DNA of 64,000 nt from positions 1,440,001 through 1,504,000 of the forward strand of contig CAVSZB010000007.1 in NCBI GenBank assembly GCA_963732385.1. The letters run 5' to 3'. The stretch is from an uncultured bacterium. GTDB lineage: Bacteria > Krumholzibacteriota > Krumholzibacteriia > LZORAL124-64-63. How positions within the stretch are numbered: the stretch's first letter is position 1; each line of letters begins with the position of its first letter. A program made the position numbers and the translations under genes. Shown in pieces: positions 1 to 8,795 of this stretch. The notes under the pieces are model-generated. The model saw only the letters and a program-made list of their open reading frames with translations, was not told the DNA's origin and ran no database searches.

Positions 1-1575
1 ACGACCCACCTGCCGAGCCGGCAGTACACGTTCCCCGACCGCGGGGGGCTGGAGATGGCGCTGCTGGGCGCCACGCTGCTCGTGGCGGACGGCCCGGCCG
101 GCGGCCACGGCTTCGAGCCGGGCGACGCGCCGCCGGCCTCGCTGCTGTCCGCCTGCGGACCGGTGCTGGAGATCGTGGACTTCGCGTTCTGCGGCGACCT
201 GGCCGTCGTCGCCCCGAGCGCTTTCGGACCGGTCAGGCTGTTCGACATTTCCGACCCGACGACGCCCGTGGGCCGGGGGTCGATCCCGCCGGTCGGCTGG
301 TTCGTCGCCGCGCGCGATCCGTACGTGTACCTCGTGTCGAGCAGCGCGGTCACCGTCTACGACGTGACCGACCCCGACGTGCCGGTGCTGACCGGGAGCT
401 GTGACCTGGGCCTGGCTCCCCCGGCCAGTTGCACGCTGTCCGGCAACTACCTGTACATCGCCGCGGCCGAACTGGGCGTGATCCCGGTCGATGTGAGCGA
501 TCCGGCGCATCCCGTCGCGCTGCCGGCGTTCTTCCTCGCGCAGGGCGCCGAGCATCTGGCGTTCATCGCCCAGACCGCCTTCGTGATCGCCGGGACCTCG
601 CTCTCGTCCGTCGACTTCCATGACCCGGCCAACCCGGTCGTGCTCGACACCGTGGCCTGCCCCGACGTGACGCGCGGCGTGACCGCCTTCAACGGGCTCG
701 TGTACGTGGCCGCCGGCGCGGCCGGGGTGACGGTCTTCGACGCGGGCGATCCGGCGGACCTGAGCCTCCGCATGACCCTGCCGGTCGCCACGTCCGCCAC
801 CGGCATCGCCTCGGCGGGCGGCTGGCTCTATATCCTCGATGAGCAGGCCGGTCTGCTGGTGGCGGACGGGCGCTGGAACGACAACTTCGGCATCCGGGGC
901 CAGGTCTTCGACACCGCCGCCAACGCCTTGTGCGTGCGCACCGGTTCCGACCTCGTCGGCGTGCTGTCGCTGACTCATCTGCAGTTGGCCGCGCCGGGCT
1001 GCGACGGGATCACGCCGACCTTCCTGGCCGCGTTCACGGCGGTGGCCAACCCCGCCGGGACGACGCTGAACTGGCGGGCGAGCCTCGGCGCGGGCGGCGA
1101 GTTCCGCCTGTCGGCGCGGCTCGGCGCGCGCAGCTGGGACGTGCCGTGGCAGTCGCTGGGCGGCGAGGAGTTCGGCGCGACCGACGTCTCGCCGGAACTC
1201 GCGGCGGGCGGAACCGCCGTCTACACGCTCTGGTACCGCGAGCCGGGCGACATCGCCTGGCAGGTGCTGGCCGTCAACTCGGTCGCGCTGCCGGCGCCGC
1301 GCACGGTCCTGCTGGCGCCATACCCGAACCCCTTCAACCCCCGCACGACAGTCGTCTTCACGCTCGCGCGCGCCGGCGCCGCGCGAGTGACTGTGCACGA
1401 CGCCGCCGGTCGCCGCGTGGCGACCCTCGTGGACGGCGCCTGCGCGGCCGGCCGCACCGAGCTGGTCTGGAACGGGCGCGACGTCCGCGGACAGCAGGTC
1501 GCGTCGGGGACCTACTTCGTGCGCCTCGAGACGGACGACGTGCACTCCGCGCAGCGGCTGACGCTCGTGCGCTGA
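1..1575 (+). CDS. LVIVD-repeat beta-propeller protein with C-terminal FlgD-Ig/T9SS-like domain (5' end outside window)
   Basis: Frame is open from base 1. Repeated 'L/V..DVSDP..P' units (DISDPTTP, DVTDPDVP, DVSDPAHP, DFHDPANP). C-terminal PYPNPFNP...WNGRD..G..VASGTYF...RLTLVR. Confidence 0.85.
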   Translation, partial: TTHLPSRQYTFPDRGGLEMALLGATLLVADGPAGGHGFEPGDAPPASLLSACGPVLEIVDFAFCGDLAVVAPSAFGPVRLFDISDPTTPVGRGSIPPVGWFVAARDPYVYLVSSSAVTVYDVTDPDVPVLTGSCDLGLAPPASCTLSGNYLYIAAAELGVIPVDVSDPAHPVALPAFFLAQGAEHLAFIAQTAFVIAGTSLSSVDFHDPANPVVLDTVACPDVTRGVTAFNGLVYVAAGAAGVTVFDAGDPADLSLRMTLPVATSATGIASAGGWLYILDEQAGLLVADGRWNDNFGIRGQVFDTAANALCVRTGSDLVGVLSLTHLQLAAPGCDGITPTFLAAFTAVANPAGTTLNWRASLGAGGEFRLSARLGARSWDVPWQSLGGEEFGATDVSPELAAGGTAVYTLWYREPGDIAWQVLAVNSVALPAPRTVLLAPYPNPFNPRTTVVFTLARAGAARVTVHDAAGRRVATLVDGACAAGRTELVWNGRDVRGQQVASGTYFVRLETDDVHSAQRLTLVR

Positions 1576-1596
1576 GCCCGCCCGTACCGTTCACGG

Positions 1597-1632
1597 AAGA
1601 GGCCGGCGGGCTCCTGCCCGCCGGCCTCTTTT
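1597..1632. terminator. Intrinsic terminator, probably bidirectional
   Basis: 14-bp stem AAGAGGCCGGCGGG/CCCGCCGGCCTCTT with a 6-nt loop and TTTT tail, between convergent genes. Confidence 0.8.
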
Positions 1633-1675
1633 CACGACATTCCCTGACCCGGGGCGCCGTCGCGTCGGCGTCCGG

Positions 1676-1807
1676 TCAGTGTTCCTCGGCCTCTTCGTCG
1701 ATGCGCTGGAAATCGTCCGCTGTCGCGCCGCAGATCGGGCACTCCTCGGGCGGCTGCTTGCCAGTGTGGACGTAGCCGCAGATCTCGCATTCCCAACGCT
1801 TGGACAT
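1676..1807 (-). CDS. Small rubredoxin-like protein (43 aa), not in the ORF track
   Basis: Manual translation MSKRWECEICGYVHTGKQPPEECPICGATADDFQRIDEEAEEH*. CxxCGY...CPxCG motif; RBS GAGGGGAG upstream. Confidence 0.9.
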   Translation of the reverse strand: MSKRWECEICGYVHTGKQPPEECPICGATADDFQRIDEEAEEH

Positions 1808-1890
1808 GGCCTTCTCCCCTCGTAGAGGACTGACGGGCCGCGCCCGTCACCCATGCACACCATGAGCGTAAGCAATCGCGCGCGCCAGCG

Positions 1891-3288
1891 CTAGCCCAAC
1901 ATCACCTTCTCGATGCTGACACCGTCCCGGCGACGCGAATCGGCGATCTTCACCAGCAGGGCGAAGATGAACCCGACGGCCGCCACCCCGGCAAACATGA
2001 GCATCATGCCCGTGTAATCGACCTGCAGGACCTCTTTGCCATCGACCAGCGTGCGGGTGGTCCCGGCGTCGGCCAGCCGGCCGGCCACGATCGGGAAGAG
2101 CCAGAGACCGAAGTTCTGCACCCAGCCGACCACGCCGAAGGCCGTGCCCAGGTTGCGCTGCGGCACGAGCATCGGGATGGCCGCCCAGAGCGCCGCGGGC
2201 ACCAGCGAGAGCGCCACGCCGATGCAGAAGATCGGCAACACCGGCCAGACACGCGTCAGGCCGAGCGCGAGATGGCACGGAATCAGCAGCAGCGCGCCGA
2301 CGATCATCATCGTGGCGCGTCTGCCCTTCCGGTCCACCCACCAGCCGAGGATCGGCGTGAAGATCATCGTGCCCAGGATCAGGGCCGAGGTGAAGCTGCC
2401 GGCCGTGGTAGGGCTGTAGCCGAAGCGGCGTTCGAGCAGGGCCGGCGCGAACGACATGAACGGAAAGACGGCGGAGTAGAAGGTCACGCACAGCAGAGCG
2501 ATATACCAGAAGGCGGAGTTGAAGCTGAACGCCTCGCGGAAGACGAAGCGGTCCTCCGGGGCGCTGATGGTGTCCATCTCGGCGGGAGCGCCCACCCGCC
2601 CGCGCGAGGCACGCTCGAGCGCGAGGTAGCCGAAGAACGTGAGGAAGCCGACCCCCATGATCGTGGCGGCCAGGCCAAGCGCCCCCTGCAGACTCATCCA
2701 GCCGACGGCCCGCGCCTGGAGATTCAGCGCGAGGAACGTGCCCAGGCGCATGATCGTCAGGTTCACGCCATAGGCGAACGCCAGTTCCTTGCCCTTGAAC
2801 CAGCGTGCGAGCACCTTGTTGTTCACGAGCAGGATCGCCTCGGCGCCGATGCCGTAGATCGTCCGTCCGAGCAGCATTATCTTCAGCTCGGGGCTCCACT
2901 CCGGCTTGATGAAGCCGTGCAGCCAGTCGTAGCCGGGGCCGAGCAGGCCGGGCAGCCCCTTCCACGCCCCCAGCGCCGTCAGGAAGGCGCCGAGGAAGCA
3001 GAAGAACCCGTAGAGGATGCCCGAGGTCCGCATGCCGAGCTTGTCCACGAGAACGCCCGCCAGCAGCACCATGCCCAGGAAAACATTGGCGAACGCGTAG
3101 GCCGAGAAGAGCAGGCCGTAGTTTTCGCTGCTCAACCCCAGCTCCTGCTGCAGCGTGGTGCCAAGCGGCGTGATGGAATCGTAGATGTAATACTGCGCGA
3201 AGCAGATCAGGCTCATCGCCGCCAGCACGAGCCAGCGGTAATGGCCCGGAAGCGGACGTTTGGCGGATGCCGGCACGTACTGTGTCAT
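1891..3288 (-). CDS. MFS transporter, MFSD1-like
   Basis: About 12 hydrophobic segments; motif A (GVLVDKLGMR; GWWVDRKGRR); N-terminal YYIYD. Start moved to the ATG after AAGGAGG. Confidence 0.88.
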   Translation of the reverse strand: MTQYVPASAKRPLPGHYRWLVLAAMSLICFAQYYIYDSITPLGTTLQQELGLSSENYGLLFSAYAFANVFLGMVLLAGVLVDKLGMRTSGILYGFFCFLGAFLTALGAWKGLPGLLGPGYDWLHGFIKPEWSPELKIMLLGRTIYGIGAEAILLVNNKVLARWFKGKELAFAYGVNLTIMRLGTFLALNLQARAVGWMSLQGALGLAATIMGVGFLTFFGYLALERASRGRVGAPAEMDTISAPEDRFVFREAFSFNSAFWYIALLCVTFYSAVFPFMSFAPALLERRFGYSPTTAGSFTSALILGTMIFTPILGWWVDRKGRRATMMIVGALLLIPCHLALGLTRVWPVLPIFCIGVALSLVPAALWAAIPMLVPQRNLGTAFGVVGWVQNFGLWLFPIVAGRLADAGTTRTLVDGKEVLQVDYTGMMLMFAGVAAVGFIFALLVKIADSRRRDGVSIEKVMLG

Positions 3289-3447
3289 GGCGCCTCCTTG
3301 AAAGGGGCCGCAGTCTACCATTGGCCCGCCCGGCGCCGCAAGCACGCGTGACGGCGGGAGATTCGTTTACTTGCCGCGACCGCTGGCGGTAGAATCGCCG
3401 CCCATCCTCGCCGCGCTCCGTCACCCGATTCCGAGGGGGTCCCCCGG

Positions 3448-6400
3448 ATGGAACGCCAACTTCGATTCCGCTATCTCACCGCACTGCTGACATTCGTGCT
3501 TTTACTCCCGCTGTTAGGCGCGGCGCGCCCGGCCAGCGCGTCCGAGCAACCGCGGGCTTTCGCCCCGGTGCAGGGAGGCTTCGACCCCGTCGGCGAAACC
3601 GTTTCGCCGTACGCGCCGGGCCGCCTGCTGGTCAAGTTCACGCCTGTCGCCCTGCGCGCCTCTACGCTGAACGTCGCGGCGCAGAAGGGGGCTGCCCAGG
3701 CAGGCGTCATGACCGGGATCGCCGCGGTTGACGTCCTCGGCCGCGATGCCGGTCTCAAGCGCATTTCGCGCCCCTACGATCCGGCCGCCAACACCGCGCT
3801 CGCCGCCCGCATCGGCCTCGACCGCTGGTACCTGCTGGAGGTGTCCGGCACGGTCGACATCCCGGCGCTCGCCGCCCGCTACGCGGCCGATCCCGCCGTG
3901 GAGGCGGCCAGTCCCGACTGGCGCGCGTTCCCGGCGGCCATCCCCGCCGACCCGCTCTACGCTATGCACTGGGGGCATAACAACACCGCCCAGCTCCTCT
4001 CCTACAACTGGACCACAAACACGCATGAGGCCGGCACCCCGGTCGGCACCATCGGCTTCGACGCCAACGCCCAGGCGGCCTGGGACGGCACGCAGGCCTA
4101 CGGCGATCCGGCCGTGGTCGTGGCGATCATCGACTCCGGCGTGGACATCGACCACCCCGACCTGCGGATCGTCACCGGCTACGATTTCGGAGACAACGAC
4201 ACCAATCCCGACGACAACAGCGCCGCGCCGGGCCACGGCACCTGCTGCGCGGGCGTCGTCGCCTCGAAGGTCAACAACGGCCTGGGCGCGGCCGGCATCG
4301 CCGCCGCCTGCGGCATCATGCCGCTGAAGGTGGCCAACAGCGCCGGCTCGATGTACTTCACCGCCATCCAGAACGCGCTGCGCTACGCGGCCGACAACGG
4401 CGCGGAAGTGATCAGCATGAGTCTGGGCGCCGCCATCAGCAGCGATGCCGCCACGGACGACGCTATCCTCTACGCCCACAACGCCGGCGTGGTCATCCTC
4501 GCGGCGACCGGCAACGAGAACGCCAGCACCATCAGCTATCCCGCGATCAACGCCAACGTCATCGGCGTGGGCGCCGCCTCGCCCTGCGGCGAACGCAAGC
4601 GCAGCAGCAGCCTCTCGACGGAGGTCAACTCCGGTGTCTACACCGATCCCAACGGCTACACCTGCGACGGCGAGCGCTGGTGGGGGTCCAACTACGGCTC
4701 CACCACGAAGGACGCGGCGGGCGCGGTCGATGTCATCGCCCCGACCATCCTGCCGACCACCGACATCGCCGGCAGCGGCGGCTACGTGTCGGGCGATTAC
4801 GAGCTGTGGTTCAACGGCACGTCGTGCGCCACGCCGTACGCGGCCGGCGTCTGCGCGCTGATCAAATCGAAGAATCCGACCTGGACCCCGGCGCAGATCC
4901 GCGCCCAGCTGGTCGGCACGGCCCAGGACGTGGTGAGCGTGGAATCTGTCTCCGGCTGGGACCGCTACGCCGGGTACGGCATGGTCGATGCCGCCGCGGC
5001 CGTCGGCGCCGGCGTCACGCCCACCAACTCGGTGACCGTGGTCGCCCCCAACGGCGGAGAAGTGCTGGCCGCCGGCGCGAGCACGAACATCACCTGGACG
5101 ACCACCGGCACGATCGCCAACGTGAAGATCGACTACTCGGCCGACGGCGGCAGCACCTGGAGCGCCGTCATCGCCTCCACGGCGAACGACGGCACCCACC
5201 CCTGGACCGTCCCCGCCACGGCGACCACTCAGGGCCGGATCCGCGTCGCCGACGCGGCGGTCTCGACAACCTACGACATCAGCAACGCCAACTTCACCAT
5301 CCAGGCCGCCGCGACCTACGCCACCCTGCCGTACAGCACCGGCTTCGAAACCGGCGCGCTCGACCAGTACTGGACGAAGAAGTCGTCCGGAACCACCGGC
5401 CGAATCCTGATCACCACGGCCAACGCGCCGCACGCCGGCAGCTACCACATGACGATGGACGTCTCCACCAGCGGCACCTACGTCCAGAACGAAGCGTGGC
5501 TGAATCTGAACCTGACCGGCCAGTCCCAGGTGGCCCTGACCTTCTGGTGGAAGGACTTCGGCGACGAGACCCACACCCAGGACGGCGTCTACTTCTCCAG
5601 CAACGGCGGCACATCGTTCGTCAAGGTGCTCAACCTCGACGGCGGCAGCACCACCAACAACGTCTGGTACCAGAAGAGCCTCGACCTCGACGCCCTCGCC
5701 GCCGCGGCCGGCCTGTCGCTGACCAGCACGTTCGTGGTCAAATTCCAGCAGTACGACAACTACCCGATCACCAGCGACGGCATGGCGTTCGACGACATCT
5801 CCGTCACCGCGGTCACGCCCAACACGCTCACGGTGACCGCTCCCAACGGCGGCGAGTCTCTGGCCGCCGGCACGAGCACGAACATCACCTGGACGTCGAC
5901 CGGAACGGTCGCCAACGTCAAGCTGGACTGCTCCATCGATGCCGGATCGACCTGGACCACGATCATCGCCTCCACGCCGAACGACGGCACGCAGGCGTGG
6001 ACGGTTCCGTCCACCGCCACGACGCAGGGACGCGTCCGCGTCTCGGACGCCGCCGACGCCACGACCCTGGACACGAGCAATGCCAACTTCACCATCACGG
6101 TGCCGGCCGGAACGTACGCCACCCTGCCGTACAGCACCGGCTTCGAGACCGGCGCGCTCGACCAGTACTGGACGAAGAAGTCGTCCGGGACCACCGGCCG
6201 CATCCTGATCACCACGGCCAACGCGCCGCACGCCGGCAGCTACCACATGACGATGGACGTCTCCACCAGCGGCACCTACGTCCAGAACGAGGCGTGGCTG
6301 AAGTTGGACCTGACCGGCCAGTCGCAGGTGGCCCTGACCTTCTGGTGGAAGGACTTCGGCGACGAAACCCACACCCAGGACGGCGTCTACTTCTCCAGCA

Positions 6401-7278
6401 ACGGCGGCACATCGTTCGTCAAGGTGCTCAACCTCGACGGCGGCAGCACCACCAACAACGTCTGGTACCAGAAGAACCTCGACCTCGACGCCCTCGCCGC
6501 CGCGGCCGGCCTGTCGCTGACCAGCACGTTCGTGGTCAAGTTCCAGCAGTACGACAACTACCCGATCACCAGCGACGGCATGGCGTTCGACGACATCTCC
6601 GTCAGCGCCGTGTCGGCGCCGGTCTACATCACCACCGAGACCGAGCCGAACGCCTCCTCGACCGCGGCGAACGGCCCGGTCGGCACCGGCATCACGGTGA
6701 CCGGAGCGATCTCCTCCAGCACCGACGACGACTGGTTCTGGTTCGACGTCGCCACCGCCGGCGTCGTCAACATCTCGCTGCAGATCGGCAGCAGCGCGGA
6801 CCTCGACTGGTTCCTCTATAATTCCAGCCTCACCGAGGTCGCGCGCGGCTACACGACCAGCAATCCGGAGGTCGGCAGCTACACGGCGGCCGCCGGGCGC
6901 TACTATCTGTTCGTGGACGGTTACAGCGGCGCCACGGCCTCCTACACCCTGAGCATCACCGGCGGCCTGGCCAAGTTCGCCTCGACGCCACCATCGCCGA
7001 AGGAGTTCGCGCTGCATCAGAACCGGCCGAACCCCTTCAACCCGGTCACCATGATCGATTTCGACCAGCCGAGGACCGCCTTCGTGAGCCTGCGGATCTT
7101 CGATCAGCGTGGCCGCCTCGTGACCACCCTGGTGAACGAGGAACTCCCGGCGGGCTATCATCACGTGAAGTGGGACGGGCGGGATGCCGTCGGACAGCGC
7201 CTCGCTTCCGGCGTTTACATCTACCGCCTGGATACGGCTGATCGTGTGTTGACTCGCAAGTTGCTGCTGGCTAAATAG
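3448..7278 (+). CDS. Secreted S8 subtilisin-family protease with 2x(Ig-like + jelly-roll) repeats, PPC-like domain and FlgD-Ig CTD
   Basis: Signal peptide; catalytic motifs IIDSG, GHGTCCAG, NGTSCATP; ETEPN/DDDWF PPC-like module; PNPFNP CTD. Confidence 0.92.
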   Translation: MERQLRFRYLTALLTFVLLLPLLGAARPASASEQPRAFAPVQGGFDPVGETVSPYAPGRLLVKFTPVALRASTLNVAAQKGAAQAGVMTGIAAVDVLGRDAGLKRISRPYDPAANTALAARIGLDRWYLLEVSGTVDIPALAARYAADPAVEAASPDWRAFPAAIPADPLYAMHWGHNNTAQLLSYNWTTNTHEAGTPVGTIGFDANAQAAWDGTQAYGDPAVVVAIIDSGVDIDHPDLRIVTGYDFGDNDTNPDDNSAAPGHGTCCAGVVASKVNNGLGAAGIAAACGIMPLKVANSAGSMYFTAIQNALRYAADNGAEVISMSLGAAISSDAATDDAILYAHNAGVVILAATGNENASTISYPAINANVIGVGAASPCGERKRSSSLSTEVNSGVYTDPNGYTCDGERWWGSNYGSTTKDAAGAVDVIAPTILPTTDIAGSGGYVSGDYELWFNGTSCATPYAAGVCALIKSKNPTWTPAQIRAQLVGTAQDVVSVESVSGWDRYAGYGMVDAAAAVGAGVTPTNSVTVVAPNGGEVLAAGASTNITWTTTGTIANVKIDYSADGGSTWSAVIASTANDGTHPWTVPATATTQGRIRVADAAVSTTYDISNANFTIQAAATYATLPYSTGFETGALDQYWTKKSSGTTGRILITTANAPHAGSYHMTMDVSTSGTYVQNEAWLNLNLTGQSQVALTFWWKDFGDETHTQDGVYFSSNGGTSFVKVLNLDGGSTTNNVWYQKSLDLDALAAAAGLSLTSTFVVKFQQYDNYPITSDGMAFDDISVTAVTPNTLTVTAPNGGESLAAGTSTNITWTSTGTVANVKLDCSIDAGSTWTTIIASTPNDGTQAWTVPSTATTQGRVRVSDAADATTLDTSNANFTITVPAGTYATLPYSTGFETGALDQYWTKKSSGTTGRILITTANAPHAGSYHMTMDVSTSGTYVQNEAWLKLDLTGQSQVALTFWWKDFGDETHTQDGVYFSSNGGTSFVKVLNLDGGSTTNNVWYQKNLDLDALAAAAGLSLTSTFVVKFQQYDNYPITSDGMAFDDISVSAVSAPVYITTETEPNASSTAANGPVGTGITVTGAISSSTDDDWFWFDVATAGVVNISLQIGSSADLDWFLYNSSLTEVARGYTTSNPEVGSYTAAAGRYYLFVDGYSGATASYTLSITGGLAKFASTPPSPKEFALHQNRPNPFNPVTMIDFDQPRTAFVSLRIFDQRGRLVTTLVNEELPAGYHHVKWDGRDAVGQRLASGVYIYRLDTADRVLTRKLLLAK
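5026..6604 (+). repeat. Intragenic tandem duplication, period about 795-798 bp
   Basis: 5317-5806 matches 6115-6604 (offset 798) with about 11 mismatches by eye. The preceding 'APNGGE' Ig halves are clearly more diverged. Confidence 0.95.
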
Positions 7279-7403
7279 GTCTAGGTCTCCGCCCGTGCCG
7301 GCGGGCCCGTAGCGGCCGGGCGTCCCTCCCCCCGGGAGCGGACGCCCGGCCCGATGACCCGGCAACCGGCCGCCTGAACCGCCTTTCGCCCTGGAGGAGT
7401 CCG

Positions 7404-7877
7404 ATGCCCGATTCCGTGAACGACCGCCAGCTCATCCGCGACTGCAAGATCGGCGAAGGCACGAAGATCTGGAACTTCGTCAACATCTACGGCTGCGAGA
7501 TCGGCCGCGACAGCATGGTCGGCTGCTTCGTCGAGATCCAGGCCGGCGTGAAGATCGGCGACCGCACGCGCGTGCAGAGCCACACCTTCATCTGCGACAT
7601 GGTGGAGATCGGCAACGACGTCTTCGTCGGACACGGCGTGATGTTCATCAACGACGTCTACCCGCCGCAGCCGGACAAGTCGGTCTGGAAGGGCACGGTC
7701 ATCGAGGATCGCGCGAGCCTCGGCTCGAACTGCACCGTGCTGCCGGTGCGGGTCGGCCACGACGCAATCGTCGGCGCCGGTTCGGTCCTGACGAAGGACG
7801 TGCCGCCGGGCGCGGTGGTGGCGGGCAATCCGGCGCGGCTTTTGCGCTGGCGCGAAGGGTTCGGACCGCAAAAGTAA
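7404..7877 (+). CDS. Hexapeptide-repeat acyltransferase (WbpD/WxcM-like sugar N-acetyltransferase family)
   Basis: IGxG/IGxD hexapeptide repeats, FINDVYP, C-terminal VVAGNPAR; RBS GGAGGAG. Confidence 0.88.
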   Translation: MPDSVNDRQLIRDCKIGEGTKIWNFVNIYGCEIGRDSMVGCFVEIQAGVKIGDRTRVQSHTFICDMVEIGNDVFVGHGVMFINDVYPPQPDKSVWKGTVIEDRASLGSNCTVLPVRVGHDAIVGAGSVLTKDVPPGAVVAGNPARLLRWREGFGPQK

Positions 7878-7993
7878 TATCCACCTGGCCGGGGGCTGGC
7901 TGCCCCGGTCCGATCGGATTAACATGACCGTGCGGACGGCTGTTTCCCCGCCGCCCGCGCGGTCTTTTCATTTCCCAAAGGAGGCGATCCCGC

Positions 7994-8704
7994 ATGAGCG
8001 ACAAGCCCCAGGGGTGCGTGTCACCCGCGAAGGGCGTCCTGACGCCCGCGGCCTCCGCCGCGGCGCCGCGCGAGGGATCCACTCAGGAGGTGCCCCGCAT
8101 GCAGATCATGGTCGGCAGACCCGCCCCCGATTTCGAGGCGAGCGCCTACATCGACGGCGGCTTCGCGAACGTGAAACTGTCGGACTACCGGGGGAAGTGG
8201 GTGACGCTCTGCTTCTACCCCGGAGATTTCACCTTCGTCTGACCCACCGAACTGGCGGCGGTCGCCGCCAATCATGACCAGCTGGTCAAGCTGGGCGTCC
8301 AGGTGCTCGCCATGAGCACCGACAGTCGCTTCACGCACAAGATCTGGCAGGAGGAGGAGCTGTCGAAGATGGTGCCCGGCGGGGTGCCGTTCCCGATGCT
8401 CTCCGACGCCGGCGGGCGCGTCGGCGCGGCCTATGGCGTGTACGACGAAGCGGCCGGCGTGAACATGCGCGGGCGCTTCCTGATCGACCCCGACGGCGTG
8501 ATCCAGGCGATGGAAGTGCTCACCCCTCCGGTCGGCCGCAACTTCGCCGAACTCACCCGTCAGATCCAGGCTTTCCAGCTCGTGGCCGCGACGAAGGGCG
8601 CCGAGGCCACGCCGGCCGGCTGGCGTCCGGGCGACCCCACGCTCAAGCCGGGGCCTGACCTGGTCGGCAAGGTCTGGAAGGTGTGGAAGCCGAAGCAGGA
8701 GTAA
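7994..8704 (+). CDS. prxU: Selenocysteine-containing peroxiredoxin (236 aa, Sec at codon 83, TGA 8240-8242)
   Basis: ORFs 7994-8242 and 8303-8704 are in the same frame. Read-through gives [13 protein letters not shown], with TGA at the peroxidatic Cys of the AhpC motif. SECIS hairpin follows. Confidence 0.95.
8253..8270 (+). promoter_or_regulatory. Bacterial SECIS element
   Basis: Stem TGGCGGC/GCCGCCA with GGTC loop, starting 10 nt after the in-frame TGA. Loop and spacing resemble the E. coli fdhF SECIS. Confidence 0.85.
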
Positions 8705-8739
8705 CCGCCGCGCGAGGCGGCCGGTGTGTTCCCACCCGC

Positions 8740-8778
8740 AAAAACGCCCGCCGCCCCCCGCTGCGGGGACGGCGGGCG
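8740..8778 (-). terminator. Intrinsic terminator for the minus-strand M16 genes
   Basis: GC stem CGCCCGCCG.../...CGGCGGGCG preceded by AAAAA on + (U-tract on -). Confidence 0.7.
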
Positions 8779-8795
8779 CTGCCGAAAATCGCCGG

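Noticed and set aside
5317..6604. Near-identical 490-bp repeats as a DGR template/variable pair or IS ends
   Set aside because: Both copies are in frame within one CDS, mismatches are mostly synonymous and not confined to adenines in one copy, and no reverse transcriptase or transposase is nearby.
3514..7365. 1283-aa minus-strand ORF; similar long ORFs at 14749-16980, 17182-19632, 37548-40028, 40345-42918 and 46916-49840
   Set aside because: Antisense shadows of real high-GC genes: Arg/Gly/Ala-rich, no motifs, and stop-poor because of codon bias.
8240..8242. Peroxiredoxin as a nonsense pseudogene or two separate genes
   Set aside because: The TGA sits exactly at the catalytic Cys with a SECIS hairpin behind it, so Sec recoding explains it better.
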